Source: an uncultured Bdellovibrio sp.
GTDB taxonomy: Bacteria > Bdellovibrionota > Bdellovibrionia > Bdellovibrionales > Bdellovibrionaceae
Assembly: GCA_963932905.1 (NCBI GenBank)
Contig: CAWVRN010000007.1
Coordinates: 69,955-133,954, forward strand
Direction: 5' to 3'
Length of the DNA: 64,000 bases
The notes beneath the pieces are model-generated. The model saw only the letters and a program-made list of their open reading frames with translations. It did no database searches and was not told the DNA's origin. The position numbers were made by a program, and so were the translations under genes. Positions 49,288 through 59,374 of this stretch are shown piece by piece. Position 1 is the first letter of the stretch; the number at the start of each line of letters is the position of its first letter.

Positions 49288-50133
49288 TTACTCTTTCGTT
49301 GCAGAAATCAAACTTTGAATTAACTGATTATTGCGATGTCGATATTGATACCACAAACGAACTTGATACGGAAACCGCAGAGGAATGGCAAATCGGGGCT
49401 CGCGGAATGATTGATTACTATCATCATCTTCTAATAAATAATCTGGTAAATAACCAAAGACCGGCTCTTTAGCAACTACCTTTTGAATCGTTGTCCAGCT
49501 GGGCATTTGACTTTCAATTTTTAACCATGGAGCTTTTCTAAGCAAAAAACTAACTTCAGGCTTGTGAATATTGGTTACAATACATGGCGCTTCGGCGGTT
49601 AACTTATTTTTGTACGCATTAACCAACTTAAAATCGCCGTTAAGTAAAATTTCAGAACTCACCGATCTGATGTTGTTCGTTTTAATTTCATCTAATGTGA
49701 TCGCCAAATCGATTTGCTGAGTTTCCAGTAACTCGGAAATTTGAGCCCCGATACCCGTCGTAATTTGCACATCGACTTTTGGAAATTTCTTTTTAAATTT
49801 ACGCAGCCTTTTCCACAGATAGGAATTTAAAAAACTCTGGTGCGTTGCCATTTTAACAACACCCACCGTATGTGCATCCTTAGAAGAAGTTTTATGTTTT
49901 AAATTTTCTACCATTTTCAGAATTTGTGCTGCTTGGTTTGCAAATAAAATTCCCTCTTTTGTAATCTCTAAAGTACCCCGTTGTTTTTTGGTCAGCTTGT
50001 ATCCCAATTCATCTTCTAATGTTTTTATTCCTTGGGATACCGTGGACGGAGCCACGTTATTTAAAGCCGCTGCTTGAAAAGCACTTCCTAAACGACATGC
50101 ATCAACGAAATATTGGATATGCTGAGTATTCAT
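49288..50133 (-). CDS. LysR-family transcriptional regulator
   Basis: N-terminal HTH (AA..NVAPSTVSQGIKTLEDELG); IDLAI. Confidence 0.9.
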   Translation of the reverse strand: MNTQHIQYFVDACRLGSAFQAAALNNVAPSTVSQGIKTLEDELGYKLTKKQRGTLEITKEGILFANQAAQILKMVENLKHKTSSKDAHTVGVVKMATHQSFLNSYLWKRLRKFKKKFPKVDVQITTGIGAQISELLETQQIDLAITLDEIKTNNIRSVSSEILLNGDFKLVNAYKNKLTAEAPCIVTNIHKPEVSFLLRKAPWLKIESQMPSWTTIQKVVAKEPVFGYLPDYLLEDDDSNQSFREPRFAIPLRFPYQVRLWYQYRHRNNQLIQSLISATKE

Positions 50134-50175
50134 AATAATTGAATACTTATACCAAATTATTTCATTTTTTTAAAC

Positions 50176-50964
50176 ATGAAAAATGCAGTAGAACCCATAA
50201 AACCTAACGGAGTTCTCGTGAAATCTTACCTGGTAAACGCATATGCCACTTCTAATGATTCCCTGTACAGTCGAATGCTATTTCGAACCCTAGCTAAACT
50301 TATAAAACAACAACAAATTAATGCACCTAAAGTCCTTGATTTAGGCTGTGCCGATGCACGAGGCCGCCGTTTGCTTAAAGCCTACTTGCCAGACGAGTTT
50401 CATTATTTTGGTGTAGATATCGATAAGAACTTCAACCCCGATTTAATAGCCGATATACGCGATATTAAGCAGATTTTTGCTCGAGTTAAATTCAAACCCA
50501 ATATAATTCTGCTTAATGATGTTTTGGAACATTTCGAAAATGGCAAAGACGACATCGAAAAATTTCTGTCTGAAATTATCAAATATGTTCCCAAGGATAC
50601 ATTGATCTATATCACCGTTCCACAAATTTATCGTTTGGATTGCTTCAAATTGCCACACCTGAAATATCCCGAACACCGAGTTCGATTCAACAGTATCGAA
50701 TGGGCCGCACTTGTTGGAAAGAATCTACAGATCAGAAAAGCTCGAGCTGCCAGTTTCATCACGGGAGCTCCTCACCTTTTAATGGCGAGCCAACACTACA
50801 CCGAATCAAATATTCTTGGCCAAGCTTTCAAATATATAAGAAGTAAAATGAATCGATCAGAGCTATTAGAAAAGTTAGATAGTAAATGGGTTAGTCGATG
50901 GGGGGAAAATCCGTTAGTATTTCCTATCAGCAACGGACTTATTTTTGAGTGTGTAAGTCGATGA
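50176..50964 (+). CDS. Class I SAM-dependent methyltransferase
   Basis: VLDLGC, GVDID, DVLEH, ITVP. Confidence 0.8.
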   Translation: MKNAVEPIKPNGVLVKSYLVNAYATSNDSLYSRMLFRTLAKLIKQQQINAPKVLDLGCADARGRRLLKAYLPDEFHYFGVDIDKNFNPDLIADIRDIKQIFARVKFKPNIILLNDVLEHFENGKDDIEKFLSEIIKYVPKDTLIYITVPQIYRLDCFKLPHLKYPEHRVRFNSIEWAALVGKNLQIRKARAASFITGAPHLLMASQHYTESNILGQAFKYIRSKMNRSELLEKLDSKWVSRWGENPLVFPISNGLIFECVSR

Positions 50965-51860
50965 CTTCAACAAAAGGATACGTTTTTGCTATCACTTCAT
51001 TGGTCTTCATGTCGTTAGCGGGCCCCCTTCAGAAACTAGGCTCAGCAAACAGCCATCCGTTACTGGTGACGTGCTGTTCAAGTTCCGTTGCTTTTCTGAT
51101 GACTTTGATTGTCTGTATCTTTCAACGTAAAAATGTTTTCAAAAATTTCAATATATCAGTCTTATCTCTTTCCATTTTATATGCCCTGGCAATGGTAGCA
51201 TTTTCTTACTCTGTAACTTTAGAAAATCCTTTTGTTGTTAGTAGTGTCGCTAGATCCTATATCGCATTTTCATTTCTTCTGTCGCTATTTTGGCTAAAAG
51301 AAACAAAAGCACAGAATAGATGGCCATCACTTTTAGTTATTACCCTAGGCAGTCTCGTCTTAAGTTTTACGGCCAGCACCACAGAAACTATTTATATGTC
51401 CAAGGGAATAGTACTCGCTTTTATCTATGCGTTCCTTTTTGCCATACACAATTCCTTTCTTAAACGTAGTTCATACATTTCGATAGTTTCTCTTTTGTTT
51501 TGGCAAAATCTATTGACTACATTTTTTATCGTCGTCTCAATTTTCATTCATGGACAGATCGAGGGAATAGAAAACACGGCGGTGGTTTTTGGTGGCCTTT
51601 CCGGCATCTTTAGTTCTTTTTGGGGCTTTCTTTTTTACCATCAATCAATTCGCCATTTAAAATTTAGTGAAGCGACCGCTATTCGGGCGTTCAGTCCTAT
51701 AGTCGCTTTACTTGTTATCGCGCCATTCTTTCCACCCAAGGTCACGCCACATTTAATTTTCGGTTTTATGCTTATCTTACTTGGTCACTATTTTTATTTC
51801 AAAAGCGAGGTTGAAGATGCAAACACCAAGAATCGAAGAATATTATCGTTATTCAAATGA
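50961..51860 (+). CDS. DMT/EamA family transporter
   Basis: About 10 TM helices in two repeats; FWLKE; ATGA coupling. Confidence 0.85.
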   Translation: MTSTKGYVFAITSLVFMSLAGPLQKLGSANSHPLLVTCCSSSVAFLMTLIVCIFQRKNVFKNFNISVLSLSILYALAMVAFSYSVTLENPFVVSSVARSYIAFSFLLSLFWLKETKAQNRWPSLLVITLGSLVLSFTASTTETIYMSKGIVLAFIYAFLFAIHNSFLKRSSYISIVSLLFWQNLLTTFFIVVSIFIHGQIEGIENTAVVFGGLSGIFSSFWGFLFYHQSIRHLKFSEATAIRAFSPIVALLVIAPFFPPKVTPHLIFGFMLILLGHYFYFKSEVEDANTKNRRILSLFK

Positions 51861-52527
51861 GAAAGAAATACTTTTGGAACTCTTGGGTCAAGAGCTAAAG
51901 GGCAATTACAGAACAGCCCTAGATGTGGGTGCCGGAGATGGTCGAATCAGCCAGCTACTTTCGGTTCGCAGTCGTTACCTTTCTTTATGCGAACCAAACT
52001 TATTTTACAAAGAAACGCTGAAAAACAAGTTTCCAAATGCGACGCTGATGACTGTACCGATTCAAAGCGCTAGTTTAGAAACTTACGATTGCATTTTAGT
52101 TTCACAGTCGATGTATTCTCACGACACAGAAAATTGGATTCCGGTTATTCATTGGTTACTAGAGCATTTGAATGTAGGGGGTGATTTACACTTGATCGTC
52201 AACAGTGATCAAGGCGATTGGTGGGAAGCCGTCAGAGGCATTTGGACAACCGCTCCCGACGCACTAGCATTTAATTATTTTCCTTCTTCACGGTTGATCC
52301 AAAGATTAAGCGAGACAAATCACATTAAGACCAAACGATTTGCTTACCAGATGGCATTTCCTAATCGTTCCTCATTTGAAAATTATATTTTGCGCTCGTG
52401 CGTCCCATTAAAAAAGAAAACTCCCGAACTGGATTCAATTTTGGAATCGTATTTGAATTCTATACCATCGGAAACGTTAACCCTAAACTATGTATCTGAC
52501 TTAATCAGTCTAAAGCGTGTAAGGTAA
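51817..52527 (+). CDS. Class I SAM-dependent methyltransferase
   Basis: GAGG RBS; ALDVGAGDG, CEPN, YDCI, LNVGG. Confidence 0.8.
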   Translation: MQTPRIEEYYRYSNEKEILLELLGQELKGNYRTALDVGAGDGRISQLLSVRSRYLSLCEPNLFYKETLKNKFPNATLMTVPIQSASLETYDCILVSQSMYSHDTENWIPVIHWLLEHLNVGGDLHLIVNSDQGDWWEAVRGIWTTAPDALAFNYFPSSRLIQRLSETNHIKTKRFAYQMAFPNRSSFENYILRSCVPLKKKTPELDSILESYLNSIPSETLTLNYVSDLISLKRVR

Positions 52528-52531
52528 GTTG

Positions 52532-52798
52532 TTATTTTTCATCTTCGATCTCAAGAGAATCTTCACGAGATCCTAATAAGATACCTTTTTTGTTTTTATT
52601 TTGCGCGTTTGGATTTTCACGTTCATAAGGATTAATAAATGTTTCAGCATCGGATTCGTAGGAATTAGCCGCAGCAAAATCATTAGCAAACTGCCGATCG
52701 CCACGCAATTCATTGGTTGTATCGTATGCCCGATCTGTTTTTCTTTTCACCGATTTCAAATCGTTGCTTGAGGGTGTGTTATCTAATTGTTTTTCCAT
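52532..52798 (-). CDS. Small hydrophilic hypothetical protein
   Basis: GGAGG RBS before MEKQL. Confidence 0.65.
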   Translation of the reverse strand: MEKQLDNTPSSNDLKSVKRKTDRAYDTTNELRGDRQFANDFAAANSYESDAETFINPYERENPNAQNKNKKGILLGSREDSLEIEDEK

Positions 52799-53020
52799 TA
52801 AAGCCTCCATCCTGATTTTCTAGTGCAACGATTTCTATTGCAACGGTAGGACCATCCTGAAAATCGATACCGGCTGGAAAACCTTATCCAGCTGTATTTC
52901 TGGGTCACCAATTGGGGAATATTTCCACGGACTTTCTCAGTTAGAGACAATGGGTTGCCACTGAGTTTCGCTCTAAATGTCACCAGCGAAAGATACCTTG
53001 CCATTTGATAAACTAGGGGT

Positions 53021-53989
53021 ATGTTTAAACGAGTAAAAGTAACACTTATGTTTTGGTTACTTTTCACGCTCTCGGGAGCTTGGATTGATCGTTTAGACAA
53101 CTTTCACAACGGGTACTTCTACTTGTCACATCAAAAAACTATTGAAAGCATTTTGGCCCAAATGTCGGACTACCGTCACAACGGTTTAATTTCGCAGTTA
53201 GATAAAGACATGGGGGATACGCTTCAGCGAACCGGTTCTTACTATACATTGCTAAATTTTTTAGGGGCTGAAAAAGATGATCTTGGGCGTACCCTCGCAG
53301 AGGGTTACGCTGCCGACATGGATCAATTGACCTACAAAGACGGAATTTATCGCCGATCCAATGACCCAGATTACTGGGGTTTTAATCCTAATAACTGCAG
53401 TCGAGATCAGATCTTTGCCGCTCAGGCAGCCATCGTGACGTATCGAGATTTCGATCGGGGTCGATCGCTGTTTCATCAATTCCTAAAGCGTGGTTTTCTA
53501 AATCAAAACGTAAGGCATAACTGGTCTTACCCTTGGGAAAAATCGTACGTTTGGAAAATTCCAGACATTCCGACGCCGTCACAATTATCATTATTATTGC
53601 GAGGCTTAGGGAATAGACTTGTTTACCCACTCGTTTTTCTATTAGATGCGTTTATAATTGCCGATATTCAATTCTTTAGACGCCTGGATAAACGACAACT
53701 TTGGGACTATGACGTAAAAGTTTTACCGTCGTTAATTGCCGCAAATTCTTATTTACCTACACTTTGGTCGCGTTGGGGATTAAGTCTGTATTTACGTGAT
53801 CGAAACGATATTACTCAACGAGTCCGTTATTACAATCAAGATAAATTTAACGGTATCAAACCACTCGCAGAGCTATACGATCTGTCCCTTGCAAAGATGA
53901 ATGATCAATTTGTATCCTCGCCCTCTTCTTTGGGCGTACCTGTTTCCCAAGTTTCCAAGCAAAGAAGTGTCAGTAGTCAGTCCGATTAG
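53021..53989 (+). CDS. Secreted or membrane-anchored hypothetical protein
   Basis: AGGGG RBS; N-terminal hydrophobic segment; DMGDT and SRDQ motif-like blocks. Confidence 0.75.
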   Translation: MFKRVKVTLMFWLLFTLSGAWIDRLDNFHNGYFYLSHQKTIESILAQMSDYRHNGLISQLDKDMGDTLQRTGSYYTLLNFLGAEKDDLGRTLAEGYAADMDQLTYKDGIYRRSNDPDYWGFNPNNCSRDQIFAAQAAIVTYRDFDRGRSLFHQFLKRGFLNQNVRHNWSYPWEKSYVWKIPDIPTPSQLSLLLRGLGNRLVYPLVFLLDAFIIADIQFFRRLDKRQLWDYDVKVLPSLIAANSYLPTLWSRWGLSLYLRDRNDITQRVRYYNQDKFNGIKPLAELYDLSLAKMNDQFVSSPSSLGVPVSQVSKQRSVSSQSD

Positions 53990-53991
53990 TA

Positions 53992-54378
53992 CTAGGGAAG
54001 TAGCCGATCTTTCTCTTGAGAGGTCGGCATACGACATGTCTGTCGTCGTCCAAAAAGGAAATATCTATTACTTGCTATCCATTTGTAAACAAGATCACGA
54101 AAAAATCTTGGTATTACGAGTATAACTCCCGCTAGTTTCCAAATACCGCCCATATCTATCAGTAAATGCAAAATGGCATCAGATCGTTGAAATGATTCAC
54201 TACCATTCCAGTAAACAACTGTGTTGGTATCATTGATATTATTCTCTGGAATTATCGATCTTGCGGTTTCACCCTGTAGCGAGGCAAACTTAACGCGTGC
54301 GCGTTTATCTTGGCGCATGGCCCAATCTACAAGTCCATTACATAAAGAGCAATAGCCATCAAAAAATAGAATATTCAT
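53992..54378 (-). CDS. DCC-family thiol-disulfide oxidoreductase (DUF393)
   Basis: FFDGYCSLC, FASLQ, RDLVYKWIASNRY..FG. Confidence 0.92.
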   Translation of the reverse strand: MNILFFDGYCSLCNGLVDWAMRQDKRARVKFASLQGETARSIIPENNINDTNTVVYWNGSESFQRSDAILHLLIDMGGIWKLAGVILVIPRFFRDLVYKWIASNRYFLFGRRQTCRMPTSQEKDRLLP

Positions 54379-54516
54379 TTTCGCTTCTTGCATCATACAG
54401 AAATACCAAGAAAGTTGCTACTGCGCCCGCCAAAAGTCTGTTTATTAATTTTTTTGATGGAGCATATAATCCCTCAGTATGCAAAAATAGAAGCAGAAAA
54501 AAAACGAGGAGGAAAA

Positions 54517-55299
54517 ATGAAAAGAATTACCATAATTGCATTGTCTGTCGCCGTAACAATGACGGCCTGTGTGTCGAAATCGACTCACGAAAAACAAGTT
54601 GCCGACATGAACAAACAACTAGAAGCATCCGTTGCTGCCATTTCAAAAGCTAGAACTGAAAATGCCGCACTAACTGAAGAAAGAAACAAACTACAAGAAA
54701 ATTTGATCACGACAACTAAAGATCGTGGAGCATTAAAAACATCACTGGATGATATGAAGAAGGCAATGGAGGAAATGCGCCAACGCCAAGCAGAGCAAAA
54801 GCAGCGCCTACAAGAATTCGAAGATCTAACAAAGCGATTTAAAAAACTAACAGACTCTGGCGCGTTATCTGTGCAGTTTATCGACGGCAAAATGGTTGTA
54901 AGTTTAGGTTCTGACGTTTTATTCCCATCGGGTTCTGCTAAATTGTCTCAGGCCGGATTAGAGGCATTGAAAGAAGTCACGAACCAACTGAAATCAATCC
55001 CCGACAAGCGATATCAAGTCGAAGGCCATACGGACAATGTTCGTATTGCTACTGCTACATTTCCATCAAATTGGGAATTAGCAGCAGCGCGCGCAATCAA
55101 CGTGACACGATCAATGATCGAGGCTGGAATGCCTGCAGAGCGTGTAAGCGCAGCAAGTTACGGCGAAACGTCGCCACGTCAAAGCAACGATACTCCAGAA
55201 GGCAAAGCCGCTAATCGCCGTATTGCTATTGTTGTAGTACCAGATTTATCAACCATGCCGGGCTATGATCAACTAAGCAAACAAACTAAAACTCCGTAA
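54517..55299 (+). CDS. OmpA/MotB-family peptidoglycan-binding lipoprotein with coiled coil
   Basis: GAGGAGG RBS; MTAC lipobox; VLFPSG, VEGHTD, SNWEL, NRRI. Confidence 0.9.
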   Translation: MKRITIIALSVAVTMTACVSKSTHEKQVADMNKQLEASVAAISKARTENAALTEERNKLQENLITTTKDRGALKTSLDDMKKAMEEMRQRQAEQKQRLQEFEDLTKRFKKLTDSGALSVQFIDGKMVVSLGSDVLFPSGSAKLSQAGLEALKEVTNQLKSIPDKRYQVEGHTDNVRIATATFPSNWELAAARAINVTRSMIEAGMPAERVSAASYGETSPRQSNDTPEGKAANRRIAIVVVPDLSTMPGYDQLSKQTKTP

Positions 55300-55340
55300 T
55301 TGTTTTTTTGTTCCTATGGGGGCACATAGCCCTCGTAGTT

Positions 55341-56081
55341 TCAGCGTTTCGGTAATTTTTCCGAAACCATAAAATGATTGGGATTCAATGATTCCCCTTT
55401 TATTCCTTGGTACGTCAGCAAATAATAAATTTTCTTACCAACAACAAAAGCCTGTGGCTGCGGTGGTATCTGCCCATCAAAAATAGATATACTGACTTCA
55501 TTCGCGGAATCATTCTGAAAAACTGAGAAGAAATTTCTATTTGTAGGTCCAACTGTCGGCCCGTCCTTAGGTTGAGGTGTATGTTCCTTGCCGGTGAATC
55601 TAATCACGAACTCTTTAAATCTAAATGAATAATCTTTAATTTTTGGGAGTTTTTTGTTTAACTCAGGCACCACCATAGCTTCGATATCTTGGGCCAATTC
55701 TAATTCCACCGCATCATTGCCAACGTTAAAGCCGGTGGAGGGAGTTTGAAAGTGGCCATCATAAATCCCGATTGTGTTGGGTTTACCATCGTCGCACCTG
55801 AATTCAAGCGACGTGTATTTCGTTTTTGGCCCCCAACTTTTCATTTTATCACCATCCGCTGGCAAGGCTTTGATTCGATCCATAATTTCACCAATCGCCG
55901 ATTTCTCTTTTGTCGAAGCCGTTGCTACTACGTCATGTTTTGATTCTGACTTATATTTTATAATCGTCAATTCACTGCAATTGGCACTTGTAAACCACGG
56001 TATTTTTCGCACTTCAGACCTCGCTGATGATAAATAAATAAAACTTGAAAAGATTAAAATCGAAACAGGTATTTTAAACAT
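55341..56081 (-). CDS. Secreted hypothetical protein
   Basis: Signal peptide; 8 nt downstream of the Mn exporter gene, same strand. Confidence 0.75.
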   Translation of the reverse strand: MFKIPVSILIFSSFIYLSSARSEVRKIPWFTSANCSELTIIKYKSESKHDVVATASTKEKSAIGEIMDRIKALPADGDKMKSWGPKTKYTSLEFRCDDGKPNTIGIYDGHFQTPSTGFNVGNDAVELELAQDIEAMVVPELNKKLPKIKDYSFRFKEFVIRFTGKEHTPQPKDGPTVGPTNRNFFSVFQNDSANEVSISIFDGQIPPQPQAFVVGKKIYYLLTYQGIKGESLNPNHFMVSEKLPKR

Positions 56082-56089
56082 AATTAAGC

Positions 56090-56647
56090 TTAAAGTGTCT
56101 TAGCTAAAATCGCAATACCAAATAAAATAAACAAAATACAAGCTACCATGCGAACCCATTTCATAGGAATACGGCTCAGCATTCGTTCGCCCAAGAAAAT
56201 AGCCAATGCATTGGAAGCCATCATACCAACTGTGGAACCAAAAGTAACAAGAACCGTGCTCGCATACCGTGCACCCAAAGCGATTGTCGCCAGCTGAGTT
56301 TTATCACCCATTTCAGCTAAGAAAAATGCAACAATGGTTGTAAACAAAACTCCATGCGAACTGGAATTTTTTAAATCGTCTTCTTTGTCTGGGATAAGAA
56401 TCCACAGACCAAACGTGAAAAAAATGAAAGCCAAAATCCACGACATAGTTTTAGGTTCCACCAGCGACGCCACCCAAGCACCTGCCCACGACGCTAGCGC
56501 GTGATTTAAAACCGTCGCGATAAATACACCTAGCAAAATTGTCCAAGGCTTTTTAAAGCGCGTAACTAAAACCAGCGACAGAAGTTGTGTTTTATCCCCC
56601 ATCTCGCCTGCGAAAACTAATAAGAATGAATTTAAAAACGCTTCCAT
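56090..56647 (-). CDS. TMEM165/GDT1 (UPF0016) putative Mn2+ exporter
   Basis: Two EMGDKTQL motifs; riboswitch upstream. Confidence 0.93.
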   Translation of the reverse strand: MEAFLNSFLLVFAGEMGDKTQLLSLVLVTRFKKPWTILLGVFIATVLNHALASWAGAWVASLVEPKTMSWILAFIFFTFGLWILIPDKEDDLKNSSSHGVLFTTIVAFFLAEMGDKTQLATIALGARYASTVLVTFGSTVGMMASNALAIFLGERMLSRIPMKWVRMVACILFILFGIAILAKTL

Positions 56648-56728
56648 AAATGACCTCACTATAGTTGCACCGTGAGATGGAAGTCGTTATCCGACAAACG
56701 CGACCGCACGGCAATTGTTAAATTACCA

Positions 56729-56840
56729 ATGCTAGTCTCGTCAGTAAGATTGTTGAAATCCTATAGATGTGCCGGGGGTTGAACCCAGTATGTCGACACA
56801 CATCTCGAGCAACGACGCTCAAGCGACTACTCCCTAACAT
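56729..56840 (-). ncRNA. yybP-ykoY manganese riboswitch
   Basis: Minus strand AUGUUAG-GGAGUAG ... GUCGACAUACU ... GACGAGA-CUAGCAU; closing stem AUGUUAG/CUAGCAU; upstream of a UPF0016 gene. Confidence 0.88.
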
Positions 56841-56994
56841 GAGCAGAGTACTGCAAATTCCAAAAAGGGACAATAGTCTATTTATGGTTTAAGCCGCGGC
56901 GGGAGACGCCCCGGATTGAGACACCTTTGTCAAAACATATTGATTCCACCAATTATAACATGGGTCCGATAAGTTTGCTAACAAACGAGGCACC

Positions 56995-58344
56995 ATGAAA
57001 AGAATATTAATCGCTGAAGATGATGAATTTCTTAGAGATATTTTAAAGGAATACTTGGAAGACAATGGTTACAAAGCAACTGTTGTTCCAGATGGTAAAA
57101 CAGCCCGTGATGTTGCTCTAACGGGCGAATTTGCTCTTGTGATTAGTGATGTTCAAATGCCCTTTCTGAATGGAGTCGAATTGTTGCAGTGGCTTAGAGG
57201 CAAATCGCAGATTCCATTCATCTTAATGACGGGATTCACCAATCTTCTAGAAACCCACCAAGCCGCAGAGATGGGGGCCAATGGTTTTTTAACCAAGCCA
57301 TTTTCAAATAAGGATCTGTTGGCTTTAATCAAAAGTCTTATTGAACCTAAACCGGAAGAAATAACGACTGAAGAAAACAAAAAAAATACGCAAGAATACT
57401 GTAAAGTATCAATCGACGAATTCGTAGCTAAACCCAAACTAGATTACGACATTTATGTATGCCTCCAAGAAACCAAATTTTTAAAAATCGCTCGATCTGG
57501 CGAAACACTAGATGTCACGCGTTTGAACACATATCGCAGTAAAGGACTAAGCTTTTTCCATATTAAAAAAGAAGACTTTAAAAAACTCGTGGACTTCAAT
57601 ATAGGTATTTCCAAAGTCCTACAACAAAATCAAAACGTTCCAACAGAGAAAAAGCTACGATTCATGCGCTACACAAGCGAAGTTATTCTTGAACATTGCT
57701 TTGTAGACGAAATGAATAAGATAGCTTTTGATGAAGCGCATGATTTTTTTAAACTATCGATGAACCTGTTATCTGAAAACGCGGAAACCTTTAACCTTTT
57801 AGAAATTTTAAATGGTCACTCAGATTCCATATATGCCCATAGTCTAGGTGTATCCATCTATTCAATTATGATTGGTAAAAAACTTAACTTCACATCACCA
57901 CAAACTATCTTCAAACTAGCCATGGCTGGCCTATTTCATGACATTGGCAAAAAAGAAATTGAAAAAAGAATTTTAGAAACTCCACGTCCACAACTTACTG
58001 TTAACGATAGAAAAATGTACGAAACGCATGTTCTACGTGGGCGTGAAATAATGCAGTCGATTCCGAACGTACCTCAGGATGTGATACAATTGATTTACGA
58101 ACACCACGAAGACGAAGTGGGCCAAGGTTACCCGAATGGGACTGCTAAAAATCGCATGCACCCGCTTTCTAATATTATCCAACTAGCAAATAAGTTTGTT
58201 AACCATGTCGTAAAAAACCCATCTCATCACCAGATATCAGGACGTGAAGCCGTCTTTATGATTGAAAAATTCGAAGGTGACCGAGTGAATAAGACATCGC
58301 TCGCGGCATTAAAAACATTAGTGTTCGAGAAAAAGGCCGCTTAG
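56995..58344 (+). CDS. Response regulator with an HD-GYP-type domain
   Basis: REC: AEDD, SDVQMP, MTG, KPF; HD domain: AHS, HDIGK, HHE..GQGYP. Confidence 0.88.
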   Translation: MKRILIAEDDEFLRDILKEYLEDNGYKATVVPDGKTARDVALTGEFALVISDVQMPFLNGVELLQWLRGKSQIPFILMTGFTNLLETHQAAEMGANGFLTKPFSNKDLLALIKSLIEPKPEEITTEENKKNTQEYCKVSIDEFVAKPKLDYDIYVCLQETKFLKIARSGETLDVTRLNTYRSKGLSFFHIKKEDFKKLVDFNIGISKVLQQNQNVPTEKKLRFMRYTSEVILEHCFVDEMNKIAFDEAHDFFKLSMNLLSENAETFNLLEILNGHSDSIYAHSLGVSIYSIMIGKKLNFTSPQTIFKLAMAGLFHDIGKKEIEKRILETPRPQLTVNDRKMYETHVLRGREIMQSIPNVPQDVIQLIYEHHEDEVGQGYPNGTAKNRMHPLSNIIQLANKFVNHVVKNPSHHQISGREAVFMIEKFEGDRVNKTSLAALKTLVFEKKAA

Positions 58345-58345
58345 C

Positions 58346-59374
58346 ATGAAGCTCAAGCTTGGTCTGGCGATACTTTTCAGCATCGGATTATTTTTTGAAA
58401 TTTATCGAGATTTCATAAATCCACCTACTCGTTATACTGAAGAGTCAGGCAAATCTAGCCATTCCCCGCAATCCTTTTCTCCACTTTCTGAACCCATGGA
58501 ATTGAACAAACCGAAAGCATTACTTGGCCGAGATCTTTTTTCAGATACACGACTATCGAAAGGCAACCAAATATCATGCAAATCGTGCCATAACTTAGAA
58601 AATGGTGGTGCTGATAACGCTCAATTCTCTGCGGGGGTGGGAAACTCTCGGGGAATAATTAACACCCCCTCCGTCTTCAATAGCTCGTTAAACTTTAAAC
58701 AGTTTTGGAATGGCAGAGCAGATGATTTAAACAGCCAAATTGATGGGCCCATTCACAATCCTCTTGCAATGTCGTCGGACTGGCCCGAAATAATCTCGAA
58801 ATTAAAAGCCGATCCTAACTATGTCAGCCAATTCAAAAAAGTTTTTGATCAAGAGATCACAAAAAATACAATTATTGAATCTATTGTCGAATTTGAAAAA
58901 GCACTTATCACCATAGATGCTCCGTTTGATTTATATCTAAAAGGAGACCGGTCCGCAATGACCGAAGCTCAACATCGTGGATTCACTAAATTCCAGGAAT
59001 ATGGATGCATCGCTTGCCACCAAGGACAAAATTTAGGCGGTAACATGTTTCAAAATATGGGTGTTGCATTTGACTATTTTGCCGAACGCGGTGGAAGTTA
59101 CGAATCGGATCAGGGACGATTTGCAATTACAAAACTATATCCTGATTTACATGTCTTTAAAGTTCCCAGCCTACGGAATGTGGAATTAACGGCCCCCTAT
59201 TTTCATGATGGCACAGAACCAAGTCTAGAAAACGCAGTAAAAAAAATGGGGCGATACCAACTTGGGCGCGATCTTCCTAAAGAGGATGTTAAAGATATTG
59301 CCAATTTTCTAAAAGCATTGACCGGAAAAAAACCTAAAATTCTACGCGAGGCAAACAATGCCAATGAAAAATAA
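58346..59374 (+). CDS. Dihaem cytochrome c peroxidase (CCP/MauG family)
   Basis: CKSCH, NTPSVFN, QFWNGRA, CIACH, FKVPSLRNV, PYFHDG. Confidence 0.93.
   Translation: MKLKLGLAILFSIGLFFEIYRDFINPPTRYTEESGKSSHSPQSFSPLSEPMELNKPKALLGRDLFSDTRLSKGNQISCKSCHNLENGGADNAQFSAGVGNSRGIINTPSVFNSSLNFKQFWNGRADDLNSQIDGPIHNPLAMSSDWPEIISKLKADPNYVSQFKKVFDQEITKNTIIESIVEFEKALITIDAPFDLYLKGDRSAMTEAQHRGFTKFQEYGCIACHQGQNLGGNMFQNMGVAFDYFAERGGSYESDQGRFAITKLYPDLHVFKVPSLRNVELTAPYFHDGTEPSLENAVKKMGRYQLGRDLPKEDVKDIANFLKALTGKKPKILREANNANEK

Noticed and set aside
54517..55299. Flagellar stator motB
   Set aside because: Has a lipobox instead of the TM helix with the conserved Asp; no motA nearby
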